A DNA stretch of 64,000 bases from an uncultured Armatimonadetes bacterium (GCA_963716175.1 OY970296.1:832001-896000), one strand, 5' to 3'; positions 9,933 through 20,475 are shown, counted from the stretch's first letter. The notes: a model not told the origin generated them from the sequence alone. Program-made: numbers and translations.

Positions 9933-11646
9933 CGGTCACCGGCACCGTGAAGCTGAAGGTAGACCCCTCCCCGACCACACTCTCGGCGGAGACCTGCCCC
10001 CCGTGGGCCTCTACGATAGAGCGCACGATCGCCAGCCCGAGGCCGGTGCCCCCGGCTCGCCGGTCGCGGGAGGAGTCAGCGCGATGGAACCGCTCCCAGA
10101 TGTAGGGGATCTGATCCGCCGCGATCCCGCTGCCCGTGTCCCGTACCTCCACCCTGACAAAGCCATCGGTAGGCCTGGCGGCGATCGCGATCTTGCCTCC
10201 CTCCCGGTTGAAGCGAAGCGCATTAGAGACCAGGTTGACCAGCACCTGGTAGATCCGATCCGGGTCGGCGCGCACCTTGGGCAGCTCGCCCGGCAGATCG
10301 AACTCGACCGCGATCCCGCGGTCCCGCGTCTCGCTCTCCAGGCCCTCCAGAGTCCCTCGGATCAGGGCCGGCAGATCAACCTCCTCCAGGTCCAGCTTCA
10401 CCGCGCCGGACTCGATCCGGGAGAGGTCGAGCAGGTCGTCCACCAGGCGGCTCAGCCGCCCCACTTCCCGGACGATGCGGGAGGCGCTCTGCATCCGTTC
10501 CGCCTCCGTCTCCGCGGTGCCATCGGCGATGGCCGCGGCGAAGCCGCCGATCGCGGTGAGGGGAGTCCGGATCTCGTGGGAGGCATCGCTCAGGAAGCGG
10601 CGGCGCATCTCGTCCAGCCTCCTGGCTTCGGTGACATCGCGCAGCACCGCCACTGCGCCCCAGCCCTCAGCTTCACCCACCGGCACCGGCGCCACCTGCA
10701 GCACGAGGTGACGCGGCGGGTAGGCCAGCGCGAATTCGGCCCCGCAGAGAGCATTGGTGCGCAGGCAGGTCACGAACTGCTCGCTCACTTTGGGCGGCAG
10801 CAGGAGGTCGTCTATGCTCGTACCCACTGCCTGCTCCTCCCTCACACCCAGCAGCGACGCGGCCTGGGGGTTGATCAAGGTCACCCTGCTCTCCGCGTCC
10901 ACCGCGATGATGCCCTCGGCCACAGAGGCCAGGATGCCGCGCAGGCGCGCCTGCTCCTCCCGCAGCTCCCCCAAGGTAGTGCGAAGGCTGTCGGCGAGGG
11001 AGTCGAACGAGGCGGCCAGCGCGCCCACCTCGTCCCCAGGTTTCAGTCCCAGCCGCTGGCTGAAGTCACCCTTGGCCATCTGCCCGGCGAGCCGCCTCAT
11101 CCGCCGCAGGGGGCCCGAGATCCGCTCCGAGAGGCCCAGGGCCACCAGCAGGGACAGCGCCACCGCCACCAACCCGGCGTACAGCACCTGGCGGCGCAGC
11201 TGCCTCACGGTGGTGTCCACCGCCGCCGTCAGGCTGGCGCGCACGTATAGCCACCCGTGTCCGCCAGGCAGGGCGGCCTTCGCCAGCAACATGCCCCGTC
11301 CGCAGGGGGTGACATGACAGATGGCGGTAGTGCCCGCCCGCACCTGGCGAGAAGGCGGCCCGCTCGCCTCCTGCTCGCCCGGCTTCAGCGCCACCAAACT
11401 GATCTCGGTACGACTGCTCGCCTCCAGGAGCTGTCTGACATCCTCGAGCTCTTGCCTGCGCGCTGGGTCAGCTACGAAGGGGGCGAGCTGCTTGGCCATG
11501 CTGCTGGCGCGCTGCGCCAGATCTCTGGCGGCCATGTCCATGTAGAGCCGGTTGAAGGCGCTGGAGAGCAGCAGGTTTACCGTGGCCAGCGCGATCAGCA
11601 GGGCCAGCAGGTGCGCCAGGAACATCTTCGAGAACAGACTGCGCAT
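9919..11646 (-). CDS. sensor histidine kinase (2TM-HAMP-PAS-HisKA-HATPase; ResE/WalK-like)
   Basis: ASHEIRTPLT, NLVSNALRF, DTGSGI, GTGLGLAI. Confidence 0.93.
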   Translation of the reverse strand: MRSLFSKMFLAHLLALLIALATVNLLLSSAFNRLYMDMAARDLAQRASSMAKQLAPFVADPARRQELEDVRQLLEASSRTEISLVALKPGEQEASGPPSRQVRAGTTAICHVTPCGRGMLLAKAALPGGHGWLYVRASLTAAVDTTVRQLRRQVLYAGLVAVALSLLVALGLSERISGPLRRMRRLAGQMAKGDFSQRLGLKPGDEVGALAASFDSLADSLRTTLGELREEQARLRGILASVAEGIIAVDAESRVTLINPQAASLLGVREEQAVGTSIDDLLLPPKVSEQFVTCLRTNALCGAEFALAYPPRHLVLQVAPVPVGEAEGWGAVAVLRDVTEARRLDEMRRRFLSDASHEIRTPLTAIGGFAAAIADGTAETEAERMQSASRIVREVGRLSRLVDDLLDLSRIESGAVKLDLEEVDLPALIRGTLEGLESETRDRGIAVEFDLPGELPKVRADPDRIYQVLVNLVSNALRFNREGGKIAIAARPTDGFVRVEVRDTGSGIAADQIPYIWERFHRADSSRDRRAGGTGLGLAIVRSIVEAHGGQVSAESVVGEGSTFSFTVPVTDGRS

Positions 11647-11650
11647 GGGC

Positions 11651-12364
11651 TCAGCGGGTCTCGAACTTGTACCCTAATCCCCACACCGTGGTGATGGCAA
11701 AGGAGCGCTTCTCGGCGGCCCTCGTTTTCTGGCGCAGGCGCTTGATGTGAACATCCACGGTGCGCGCGTCCGACTCCGAGTCATAGCCCCAGATCTTGTC
11801 CAGCAGCTCGGCCCGGCTGAACACCCGGCCCGGCTGGCTGGCCAGACACCACAGCAGGCGGAACTCCGTCGGGGTGAGATGGACCTCTTCCCCGTCCACC
11901 TCCAGGCGATGCTGGGTGCGGTCAATGCGCAGGCCCGGGAAGGTCAGCGTCTCCGCCTCCTCCCCGGCCGCCGCCCCCCGCCGCAGCACCGCTTTCACTC
12001 GCGCCACCATCTCCCGGGGGCTGAACGGCTTGACCACGTAGTCGTCCGCGCCCAGCTCCAGGCCCACAATCCGGTCCACCTCTTCGGAGCGGGCGGTGAG
12101 CATGATGATGGGCACGCGGGAGGTGCTGCGAATCTGGCGGCACACCTCCCAGCCGTCCATGCCAGGCAGCATCAGGTCGAGGATGATCAGATCGGGGTGG
12201 TGCTCGCCATTCAGCCGCAACGCTTCCCGCCCGTCCTTGGCCGGGATCACCTGGAAGCCTTCCTTGCTGAGGTAGAGGTCAACCAGCTCCCGGACGGACT
12301 CCTCGTCGTCCACCACCAGCACCTTCCGTCCCTGCCCGGCGCGCGGCTTCTCGCTCGCCTTCAT
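11651..12364 (-). CDS. OmpR/PhoB-family response regulator
   Basis: VLVVDDE, ILDLMLPGMDG, GADDYVVKPFSP, RTVDVHIKRLRQK, TVWGLGYKF. Confidence 0.95.
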   Translation of the reverse strand: MKASEKPRAGQGRKVLVVDDEESVRELVDLYLSKEGFQVIPAKDGREALRLNGEHHPDLIILDLMLPGMDGWEVCRQIRSTSRVPIIMLTARSEEVDRIVGLELGADDYVVKPFSPREMVARVKAVLRRGAAAGEEAETLTFPGLRIDRTQHRLEVDGEEVHLTPTEFRLLWCLASQPGRVFSRAELLDKIWGYDSESDARTVDVHIKRLRQKTRAAEKRSFAITTVWGLGYKFETR

Positions 12365-12657
12365 GCTTGCCCCTGTCCTTCCGCCTCTCCCTGGACGCTG
12401 GCGGCCGCTGCCAACTCCTCCTCCAGCGCCTGCCGCACCCGGCTCCGCACCAACACCCGGCCCATCATCTTCAGCTTCCCATTCACCACCAGCGCAGGCG
12501 GATTGACCACCCCGAAATCCAGCAGCTCCTCCATCCGATCCACCTGCTCCACCTTCGCCTCCGGCAGGGCGATCTCGGCCACCAGCTCATCCACGATCTT
12601 ACGAAGCTGCTTGCAGAAATAGCAGCCCTTCCCGATGATCTTGATCTCTAACCCCAT
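12361..12657 (-). CDS. small redox-active disulfide protein (thioredoxin_3/MTH895-like)
   Basis: IKIIGKGCYFC CxxC, GVVNPPALVVNGKLKMMGRV. Confidence 0.85.
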   Translation of the reverse strand: MGLEIKIIGKGCYFCKQLRKIVDELVAEIALPEAKVEQVDRMEELLDFGVVNPPALVVNGKLKMMGRVLVRSRVRQALEEELAAAASVQGEAEGQGQA

Positions 12658-12674
12658 GTCAACATGCCCACACC

Positions 12675-12704
12675 ATTATACACCTGCCTCGCGCGCCCGA
12701 GCAA
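12675..12704 (-). promoter_or_regulatory. putative sigma70 promoter of the trx-RR-HK-alr run
   Basis: TTGCTC-N18-TATAAT, minus strand. Confidence 0.55.
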
Positions 12705-12745
12705 GCAAGAGCCAAGGTCGGCACTGAGAAGAAAGTGCGGCGGTT

Positions 12746-12863
12746 GTAGGGCGGGCATGTCGGAGTTTACCCTGAGCGGAATCGAAGGGCATGCCCGCCG
12801 GCCTGGTGCGTTCGCCCCCGCCTGTCCGCGACCCGACGCGTAGGGCAGGTCCGCGACCTGCCC
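12746..12863. repeat. two GTAG-type REP hairpins, the first with a nested 20-bp element
   Basis: GTAGGGCGGGCATG..CATGCCCGCC and GTAGGGCAGGTC-CGC-GACCTGCCC; about 12 related copies in the window. Confidence 0.7.
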
Positions 12864-12954
12864 ACTTCTCAGTCGCGCGCCGGGCGCCCTCGTGGTGAGG
12901 ACGCCCGACGCCGCTTCCTATTTCCCCGATGCTGGCCGTGGCCCTACCGGGGTC

Positions 12955-15704
12955 TTACTTGGCCTTGAAGGCGACCGCGAAGAGCGACAGGTCCGTCGGA
13001 GGGCCGCCCTTCGGCATAGGGCAAGCACCGATTACGAGACTGTTCTTCGGGTCGATCTGAGTGGTCACATTGACCCACTTGCCGCCAACCCAGTGTAGCA
13101 GAACCAGTCTTCCGTCCTTGCCCCCCGGCACCAGGGAACGGTCGTAGTGGATGGTGACCTGAGCTCTGCCCCGAACCGACGCCGTTGTCGTGATCTTGTA
13201 GGGATCGCTGATCCACGCATAGCCAGCCGGTGGGGGGGTACGGCCGGGACGAAGATAGCCGTATGCCCGGCTGCGGTCACCAGGCTGAAAGTAGCTGTCG
13301 CACCGCCGACCCCCACCAACACCGCGAGCCCAGGCTTGGTGTTCGGGGTCCACCACACGGGCAAGAGGTCCCTCGAGTGGTTGTAGGTAAGCCGCACCGG
13401 GGCGCTGGAACCGTCCGCCTTCACCTCCCAGAGCTCGACGCCGGTTTCGAGCTTGCCGTTGACCCACTCTGGATCCGGAGCCAGGTGGTGCCCCGAGGCG
13501 AAGATGATGCCACTCCCATCGGAGGCCCAGGTCGGGAGGCCAGGACTCGCGCAGCACGCGTAGTCCATGAGTGCGGTGAACAGCGGCGTCAGCACCCCGC
13601 CGCTGGCCGCGATCACGCCAATGCCCTGCACGGCGTTCCCCTCCGCGTCCCCGGCAGCGAAGCCCACAGCCAACCGGCTCCCGTCAGGAGACCAGCCTCC
13701 CGCATCGAGGTAGATATCGTCGTAGCCGGGATAGCCGGCGATGCCCGCGGCGACCACAGGGTGGTTCTCACTGCCGTCGGGCCGCACCAGCCACATGCCC
13801 ACCGTCTCCGGGCCGGCAGGGCCGAACCGGTAGGCGATCCAGCGGCCGTCGGGGGACCACCGCGGGTATCGGTGTTCGCCGCCACCCGTGAGTATGATCT
13901 GCCCACCGGACCCATCTGCACCCATCACCTGCAGGTCAGGGTAGCCTTCGGGACTGTGGCTCGCGAGCACGAGACGTGTGCCATCCGGCGACCAGTCGCC
14001 GTCCGTGGACCCGACCACGCCGGGAAGGCGGGACGGTGCGGCGCCGTCGAGCGTGTCGATCCAGGTGCCGAAGGTACCGCCGCACAGCAGCTTCGTACCA
14101 TCCGGCGACCAGGCAATGGCTTCCGCCAGTACCGGTCCGAGCCAGGTGTGGACGTTAGGGTTGCGGCTGTACTGCGAGATGCCGATGCCGCAGCAGGCGG
14201 TGTACGCAAGCCGGCCCGGCAGCCGGGGCCCCCTCGTCCAGGCCAGCACCGGGTCGTACACCGCGAAGAGGCCGATTACGCCCTCTCCGTCGTGGAAGGA
14301 CACACGCGCATCCCCGGATGGGTCAGGTGCCAGGTCACGCCACTGCCAGAGGTACCACTTGTCGGCGTACCCACGCTGAAGACCCGGTCCAGCGTAGGTG
14401 AGCTCGGATATCCCTGGCAGGCTCCATCCGACCCCGCCGTCCCAGAGCGCCACCGGGTTGCTCTCCTCGAAGACCATTACCGAGGACGATCCCGCCTCTG
14501 TGCTGGACCAGCGGAAGGTGGGCGCGGTCTCGGGAATCGTGCTGCTGGGGGCGGGGTAGAGGATGGTCTGACTGGGTTGCAGGAACGCCGGGGGAAGCCC
14601 GGAGGTCGCGGTGTCAGACTGACCGTAGGTGTCGTACACCGTTACTGAGTAGGGAGCTGAGACAGGTGAGTCGAGTGTTCCCCACCAGCTGCCCAGCACG
14701 GTCAGCGCATCCGCCTGAGACCATCCGGGCGAGCCCGGCAACAGCGTGATGGTCTGCCAGTCGGGTGTGGTCACGACGATGCTCGCCAGCGCGGCCGCGC
14801 CGCCCGTTGCCGGGTTACGCACGCGAACGCTGACGCCCTGTGAGTAAAGGTAGAAGCCGCTGCCATACGCGTCCCGGACGCGGGTGATGTCGACCTGCTC
14901 GATGGCGGGCGGCCCGGCGACAGTGAAGCCCGCGTCCGCACGTGTCTGCTCGACATAGCTGCCGGGAGGGCCACCCTCAAGCGGTGCGAGCGGGACCTCG
15001 TACCCGTTCTCCCAGAGCTGGAAGGTGTAGCTCTGCCCCGGCTGAAGGGGCAGCGCGCTTCCGTCAAAGCCATACGCGATGGCGTGAAGGCCGGGGGCGA
15101 CGTTGCAGTTCCACAGGAATATGCTTTCGTCCGGAGTGCTGACAGTGATTCCCTGCGAGCTGATCGGGGTCGCTCCCTCACAGGTGAAGCCGCCGTACTG
15201 CGTCCACTGGAGCAGCGGCTCCATCTCCTCGATGACTGAGCCCGGAGTCGGGTACTCGATGTGCGGCACCGGCTCCGGGAAGTGCGTGACAGGACCGGCG
15301 CGGAAGGTGGTCGCGCCCGAGTCCCCCACGACGGTTACGGTGTAACTGCCGCCGCCAGCCGGCATCTCCGGTGGCGCAGGGCACTCCCAGCCAGCGCACA
15401 CCGCTACCTCAGTGCCGGGCTCGCCGCAGACAGGAGAGAATCCGAGCAGCTGCGGCTCTCCGCCCGCGGGAGGTTGTACAGAAACGCCGGTGACAGTGGC
15501 CCGCTCTGCGGCGCTCGCGAAGCGGATGCCAAACTGGTAGGCGTAGCGGGGCAACGCATCACCGGACCTGAGCAGCGTCACGTGGTGAAGCTTGTAGCCC
15601 TCCACAGTCGGTGCGGCCCAGCCCATGGCCGGGGCCGCGAACAGCAACGCCAGAGAGCACAGCAGGAACAGTACAGCTACAACTGAGACACCGCGCATCT
15701 TCAT
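12955..15704 (-). CDS. large secreted protein: duplicated beta-sandwich units + TolB/PD40 propeller + C-terminal surface domain; frameshift in G7 run 13232-13238
   Basis: Signal peptide; repeated WSPDG; adding one C joins VPAVPP to PAGYAWISDPYKITT...LSLFAVAFKAK. Confidence 0.75.
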
Positions 15705-15733
15705 CCCCCCTACGACGGTGGTCTGGCTGAAAG

Positions 15734-16057
15734 TCAGCCAGTGATCGAACGATCCGTCATGATGCGGCGGTCTGCGTCTGACCCCCTCAGGGGTGGCTCA
15801 TCTGCGGCTGCCCTCATGACCGGATGCTGCCGAAGCATACCAGCAAGGGGCATCAGCGGGGATGAGGCGATGGTCCTGGGTGGCAGTCCCGTTTTCTTGG
15901 GACCCGGGTCGGCTTCTACAGCAGCACACGCGAGGAACGAGCCGCTGGCTGAGGGGCGGTCAATCTGGCGCCACTCGGCGCTCGATGCGGAGCAACCGGT
16001 TGCAGCGGCCGTCCGCAACTCCAGGGGAGACAGCAGACACAGCAGAAGCCGCCTCAT
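15734..16057 (-). pseudogene. possible remnant of a secreted-protein gene
   Basis: Strong RBS GAGGAGGGGG before ATG and signal-like start MRRLLLCLL; remainder unrecognisable. Confidence 0.25.
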
Positions 16058-16263
16058 CGTCCCCCTCCTCGTCCGCCAGAGACAGACCCAGGGTCCTGTC
16101 GCCTGACCCAGACGGGCTGGGGCCGATAGGGAGGCGCGAGATGAGGCTGTGGTTCACAGCGCGGAGGCTAAGCTCCGGCCCTCACCGACTGGGGGCGAGT
16201 TCGCCAGACCTGGGAGCAGCTCCTGCTGCCGCGCGTTCACATTGTCGCGCACGTTCGGTCCGA

Positions 16264-17046
16264 TCACGCCCCGGAGGGCTTCCGCGCCACCGCCAGCAGC
16301 GACACGCCCAGCGGCAGGTTCCAGCGCAGCGCCCACCGGTGCTCCAGCCAGAGCAGTGCAATCAGCAGCCAGTTGATCGAGCGGGGCGGGACGATGAAGG
16401 CGGTCTCGGGATGCGCGTTCTTCCTGGGCAGCAGCCGCTGCAGCAGCCGCAAGGCCGCAATTGGTAGCAGCAGTAGTGTGATCAGAGGCGTCAGGCGCTG
16501 GACCTGGAGGCCCGCCTCCTCCAGAATGCGTCGCAGCCGCGCCCCCTGATACCGGCGCAGGTGATCCAGCGCCTCGTCGTGTTCGCTCCACAGCCAGGGA
16601 AGGGCCGGCACGGTCACCAGCAGCAGGCCGCCCGGTCGCAGCGCCCGGGCGAACTCCGCCGCGGCCGCGGCGTCATCGGGAATGTGCTCCAGCAGGTCCA
16701 GCGCGGTGATCACATCCACCGAGCCATCGCGCACCGGGAGCGCTTCGCCACGCGCCTGCACCAGCTGGTATTCGCCGCGCCGGCGGGAATACCAAAGCGC
16801 CTGGGGAGAGCTGTCTATTCCCACCACGAAGGGCGGGCGTCGGTTGCCCGCTGTCTTCTCGCCGAACTCGGCCAGCACGCCCAGGGTCGCGCCCGTGCCG
16901 CAGCCCACGTCGAGTATTCGCACCCCCGGGCCGCCGACGCCTGGGAGGTAGCGCGCCAGCAGATCGCGCACCAGCCGCCGCCTGGCCACGAACCACCAGT
17001 AGCTGTCCTCCAGCCGGAACATCTTCTCCAGTTCGGAGGCTCGCAC
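16264..17046 (-). CDS. class I SAM-dependent methyltransferase
   Basis: LEDSYWWFVARR, ILDVGCGTG, LDLLEHI, WSEHDEALDHLRRY. Confidence 0.9.
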   Translation of the reverse strand: MRASELEKMFRLEDSYWWFVARRRLVRDLLARYLPGVGGPGVRILDVGCGTGATLGVLAEFGEKTAGNRRPPFVVGIDSSPQALWYSRRRGEYQLVQARGEALPVRDGSVDVITALDLLEHIPDDAAAAAEFARALRPGGLLLVTVPALPWLWSEHDEALDHLRRYQGARLRRILEEAGLQVQRLTPLITLLLLPIAALRLLQRLLPRKNAHPETAFIVPPRSINWLLIALLWLEHRWALRWNLPLGVSLLAVARKPSGA

Positions 17047-17086
17047 CGCGCCGCTACCTCTCTGCGATCTCTGCGGTGAGCTGCCG

Positions 17087-18112
17087 CTACACGATCAGCA
17101 TGGCATCGCCGAAGCTCAAGAACCGGTACTCCCGCTCCACCGCCTGGCGATAGGCGCGCAGGATCGTCTCTCTGCCCGCGAAGGCGCACACCAGGAGCAG
17201 CAGGGTGGATCGGGGCAGGTGGAAGTTGGTAAGTAGCGCCCCCAGCGCGCGGAACCGATAGCCGGGGGTGATGAACAAAGCGGTCTCTCCATCACCCGCG
17301 CGCACCCGGCCGGCCTCTTCCATGGCTGACTCCAGGGCGCGGGCCGTGCTCGTGCCGACCGCTACTACGCGCTGACCTGCCGCCACCTGCTCGGATACCC
17401 GGCGAGCGGTCTCGTCCGGGAGGTGATAGCTCTCGACATGCATCTCATGGTCTTCGACGTGAGCAGTGTGAATGGGGCGGAAGGTGCTCACCCCGACATG
17501 CAGGGTGAGTGACACCACAGCTCGCACCTTTGCCGCCACCGCCCCCAGCAACTCCGGGGTGAAGTGAAAGCCTGCCGTCGGGGCCGCGCTGGCCCCCGGC
17601 ACGCGGGCGTAGACGGTTTGGTAATCGCCATCGTCCTGGAGCGCGCGATGAACGTAGGGAGGCAGCGGCACCTCGCCCAGTTGCTCCAGCCGCGCGCGTA
17701 CGTCACCCGAGCCGGAGAAGCGCAGCAGGCGCCCTCCTGCCGCAGTCCGCGCCAGCACCTCCGCCCACAGCTCTCCCTCGCCGAACACGATGCGCCGGCC
17801 CGGCAGCAGGCGCCGACCAGGGGTTGCCAGCGCCTCCCAGACACCTTCTTCGCGCTCGGCCAGCAGCAGCACCTGGGCGCTGCCCCCGCCGGGATAGCGC
17901 CGGCCCAGCAGGCGGGCGCGGATCACCCGGGTGTCGTTCAGCACCACAATGTCCTGCGGGGTGAGGTAAGAGAGGAAATCCCGGAAGCCCCGGTGCTCGA
18001 TCTCTGCGCTGGCGTGGTGCAGCACCAGCATGCGGGAGGAATCACGCGGGCGAGCCGGCTCCTGGGCGATCAGGTGGGGAGGAAGATCGTAGTCGAAATC
18101 CGCGGTGTCCAT
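17087..18112 (-). CDS. queA: S-adenosylmethionine:tRNA ribosyltransferase-isomerase
   Basis: FDYDLPPHLIAQEP, PLPPY, YQTVYA, AAPTAG, TNFHLPRST, YRFLSFGDAMLI. Confidence 0.96.
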   Translation of the reverse strand: MDTADFDYDLPPHLIAQEPARPRDSSRMLVLHHASAEIEHRGFRDFLSYLTPQDIVVLNDTRVIRARLLGRRYPGGGSAQVLLLAEREEGVWEALATPGRRLLPGRRIVFGEGELWAEVLARTAAGGRLLRFSGSGDVRARLEQLGEVPLPPYVHRALQDDGDYQTVYARVPGASAAPTAGFHFTPELLGAVAAKVRAVVSLTLHVGVSTFRPIHTAHVEDHEMHVESYHLPDETARRVSEQVAAGQRVVAVGTSTARALESAMEEAGRVRAGDGETALFITPGYRFRALGALLTNFHLPRSTLLLLVCAFAGRETILRAYRQAVEREYRFLSFGDAMLIV

Positions 18113-18187
18113 GCGCCGAGAGTCTTCGGCGCACCAGCTCACCCGTCCTGCCATCGGCCCCGAGCGATCCGGCCGGCGCAGGGCCGG

Positions 18188-18520
18188 CTAATCCGGCTCG
18201 CTCTCCCCGAAGATAGTGACGAAGCGGCGGGCGTAATCCTCTTCCAGCATGGCGAAGTGCTGCTCGAAGGCGAGCAACCAGAGCATGATGAAAGCTTGCT
18301 CCGGCGGGTGATCCAAGGCGCGTGAGAAGAACTCGCTCACGATCTCCTCATAGCTGTGCCCCCCATCCTCCCCGATCACGTAGGGAGGCCCCTCCCCCGA
18401 CTCCTGGTGCAGGCGGACCTGCATCCGGTCCAGGAAGTCGCGCACCGTCGCGGGGGTGGCCCGCTCCAGGCGGAGCCCGAACTCCTGCCGCACCAGCTCT
18501 CGGAATTCGACAATCGTCAT
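18188..18520 (-). CDS. hypothetical protein (110 aa, helical)
   Basis: Protein-like composition, co-oriented between hpf and queA. Confidence 0.7.
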   Translation of the reverse strand: MTIVEFRELVRQEFGLRLERATPATVRDFLDRMQVRLHQESGEGPPYVIGEDGGHSYEEIVSEFFSRALDHPPEQAFIMLWLLAFEQHFAMLEEDYARRFVTIFGESEPD

Positions 18521-18544
18521 GTGGTTCCCACCCGCCGCGGTCGT

Positions 18545-19084
18545 CTAGAAATCCGGTTCGATTAACCCGTAGTTACCGGCTTTTCGCCGGTAGAGGACAT
18601 TCACCTGGTCGGTTTCCGAGTTGATGAAAACGTAGAAATCGTGTCCCAGCAGCTCCATTTCGTCGGCCGCCTCGTCCGGGGTCATGGGCTTGAGGGGGAA
18701 TCGCTTGCTCCTCACCACCGCGGGCTGCGGGACCTCGGCCGGTTCCTCGTCCGGCAGCAGCTCCGCCCAGGCCTCCCGGGTCTCCGGGGCCTCGCGATAG
18801 CGCTGGATCAGCTTGCTCCGCGACTTCTTGATCCTTCGCTCCAGCTTGTCCGCCAGGTTCTCCAGGGCCGAGCGGAAGTCTGCCGCCCGGTCCTCCCCCC
18901 GCACCAGCAGCCCATTGGCGTTCATCATCACCTCCACCACCTGCCACTGCCGCTCGTGAGAGCAAGTGATGTCCACCGTGTCAATCCCGGGCAGCAGTCG
19001 CTCCAGCTTGGTCAGCTTCCGCTGCACCAGCTCCTTGAAGTTCGCAGGTACCACTACGCCTTTGGCCGTGATATTGATCAACAT
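18545..19084 (-). CDS. hpf: ribosome hibernation promoting factor, long form
   Basis: N-terminal RaiA fold; C-terminal KRFPLKPMTPDEAADEMELLGHDFYVF...VLYRRKAGNYGLIE. Confidence 0.95.
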   Translation of the reverse strand: MLINITAKGVVVPANFKELVQRKLTKLERLLPGIDTVDITCSHERQWQVVEVMMNANGLLVRGEDRAADFRSALENLADKLERRIKKSRSKLIQRYREAPETREAWAELLPDEEPAEVPQPAVVRSKRFPLKPMTPDEAADEMELLGHDFYVFINSETDQVNVLYRRKAGNYGLIEPDF

Positions 19085-20475
19085 CTCCCTACCTCACAAT
19101 CTGGACTGGAATCGGCCTGCTGGATCTTCCGCAGCAACACTACGGCCTGGGTCGCCACCCCCTCGCCGCGGCCGGTGAAGCCCATGCCCTCGGTGGTCTT
19201 GCCCTTGAGACTTACTCGTTCCACCTCCGTCTCCAGCGCCTCCGCCACCGCCCGCCGCATCTCCGGCAGGCGGGGGGCGATGCGCGGCGCTTCCGCGATC
19301 ACCACCGCGTCCAAGTTCTCGATCGCCCAGCCGGCCTCTCGCGCCATCGCGCCCACCCGGGCCAGAAGAGAGAGGCTGCTGATGGCGGCATATCGGGGAT
19401 CCGTGTCAGGGAACTGCTGGCCGATGTCGCCCGCGCCCATCGCCCCCAGCACGGCATCGCAGATGGCATGGCAGACAACATCGGCGTCGGAATGGCCCAG
19501 CAGGCCCCGTTCCCCCGGGAACCGCACCCCAGCCAGCACCAACGGTCGGCCCTCCGCGAAAGCATGTGCATCGAACCCGATTCCAGATCGGAAGGCCCTC
19601 TCCTTGCTCATCGTGTACTCGCCTTCGGACAAGGCCGCCGCCCGGCCGGCCGGCAAGCCCTCACGCCTGCCCTCCTGGCGCTGCCAGCCGATAGTACGCT
19701 CTGCCCGCCGCACGTCTCCCGCGTAAGTGACTTTGATATTGTCCGGATCGCCGTGCACTACATGCACGCGGTGTCCCAACCGCTCCACCAGGGAGGCATC
19801 ATCCGTCCCCAGAAAGCCGGCCCGGGCAGCGGCCTCGTGCGCCTCCACCAGCAGCGAGTAGCGGAACACCTGCGGAGTCTGCACCAGCCACAGCCGGCCG
19901 CGCTCCAGGGTCGCGGTCACCACGTCCTCTTCCGCCACCTCTTTCACCGTATCCGATGCCGGGAGCGCGGCCACCACCGCCCCGCGTCTCGCCGCTGCCT
20001 CCAGACAGCGCCGGACCAACCCGAGCCGCAGGCAGGGCCGCGCCGCATCGTGAACCAGCACCAGGTCGCAATCCGGGCTGACCTCGGCCAGTCCGGCGCG
20101 CACCGAGGCCTGGCGGTGCTCCCCGCCGGCCACCACGCGCTCGCTCCGTCCGCCCCCGGCCCGGATCAGTGTCCGGCGCGCCCGCTCCACTTCCGCTGGC
20201 GCCACCACCAGCACGATCTCGTCAATCTCCGGGCAGGCGCGGATGGTCTCCAGGGAATGCCACGCCAGGGGTCTGCCCAGCAGGGAGACAAAGGCCTTGC
20301 TGGTCGGGCTCACACTCGCAGCGCAACCGGTCTCACCCGCGGGCCCGGTGGCAGACTGCAGGCGGCGCCCCAGCCCCGCGGCCGCAATCACCGCGCTCAC
20401 CCGGCGCGAGGACCCGCAGAGAGGAGCAGGTGGAGAGTGGAGATTCGATGGCAAACGCCCCCCCTCTCCTGTCAC
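19078..20475 (-). CDS. ispDF: bifunctional MEP cytidylyltransferase / MEcPP synthase (IspD-IspF fusion)
   Basis: IspD: AAAGLGRR, VLVHDAARP, QTPQVF, TDDASLVE, NIKVT; IspF: GIGFDAH, GHSDADV, GDIGQQFPDTD, KTTEGMGFTGRGEG; start uncertain (20400-20475). Confidence 0.9.
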   Translation of the reverse strand: MTGEGGRLPSNLHSPPAPLCGSSRRVSAVIAAAGLGRRLQSATGPAGETGCAASVSPTSKAFVSLLGRPLAWHSLETIRACPEIDEIVLVVAPAEVERARRTLIRAGGGRSERVVAGGEHRQASVRAGLAEVSPDCDLVLVHDAARPCLRLGLVRRCLEAAARRGAVVAALPASDTVKEVAEEDVVTATLERGRLWLVQTPQVFRYSLLVEAHEAAARAGFLGTDDASLVERLGHRVHVVHGDPDNIKVTYAGDVRRAERTIGWQRQEGRREGLPAGRAAALSEGEYTMSKERAFRSGIGFDAHAFAEGRPLVLAGVRFPGERGLLGHSDADVVCHAICDAVLGAMGAGDIGQQFPDTDPRYAAISSLSLLARVGAMAREAGWAIENLDAVVIAEAPRIAPRLPEMRRAVAEALETEVERVSLKGKTTEGMGFTGRGEGVATQAVVLLRKIQQADSSPDCEVGRC

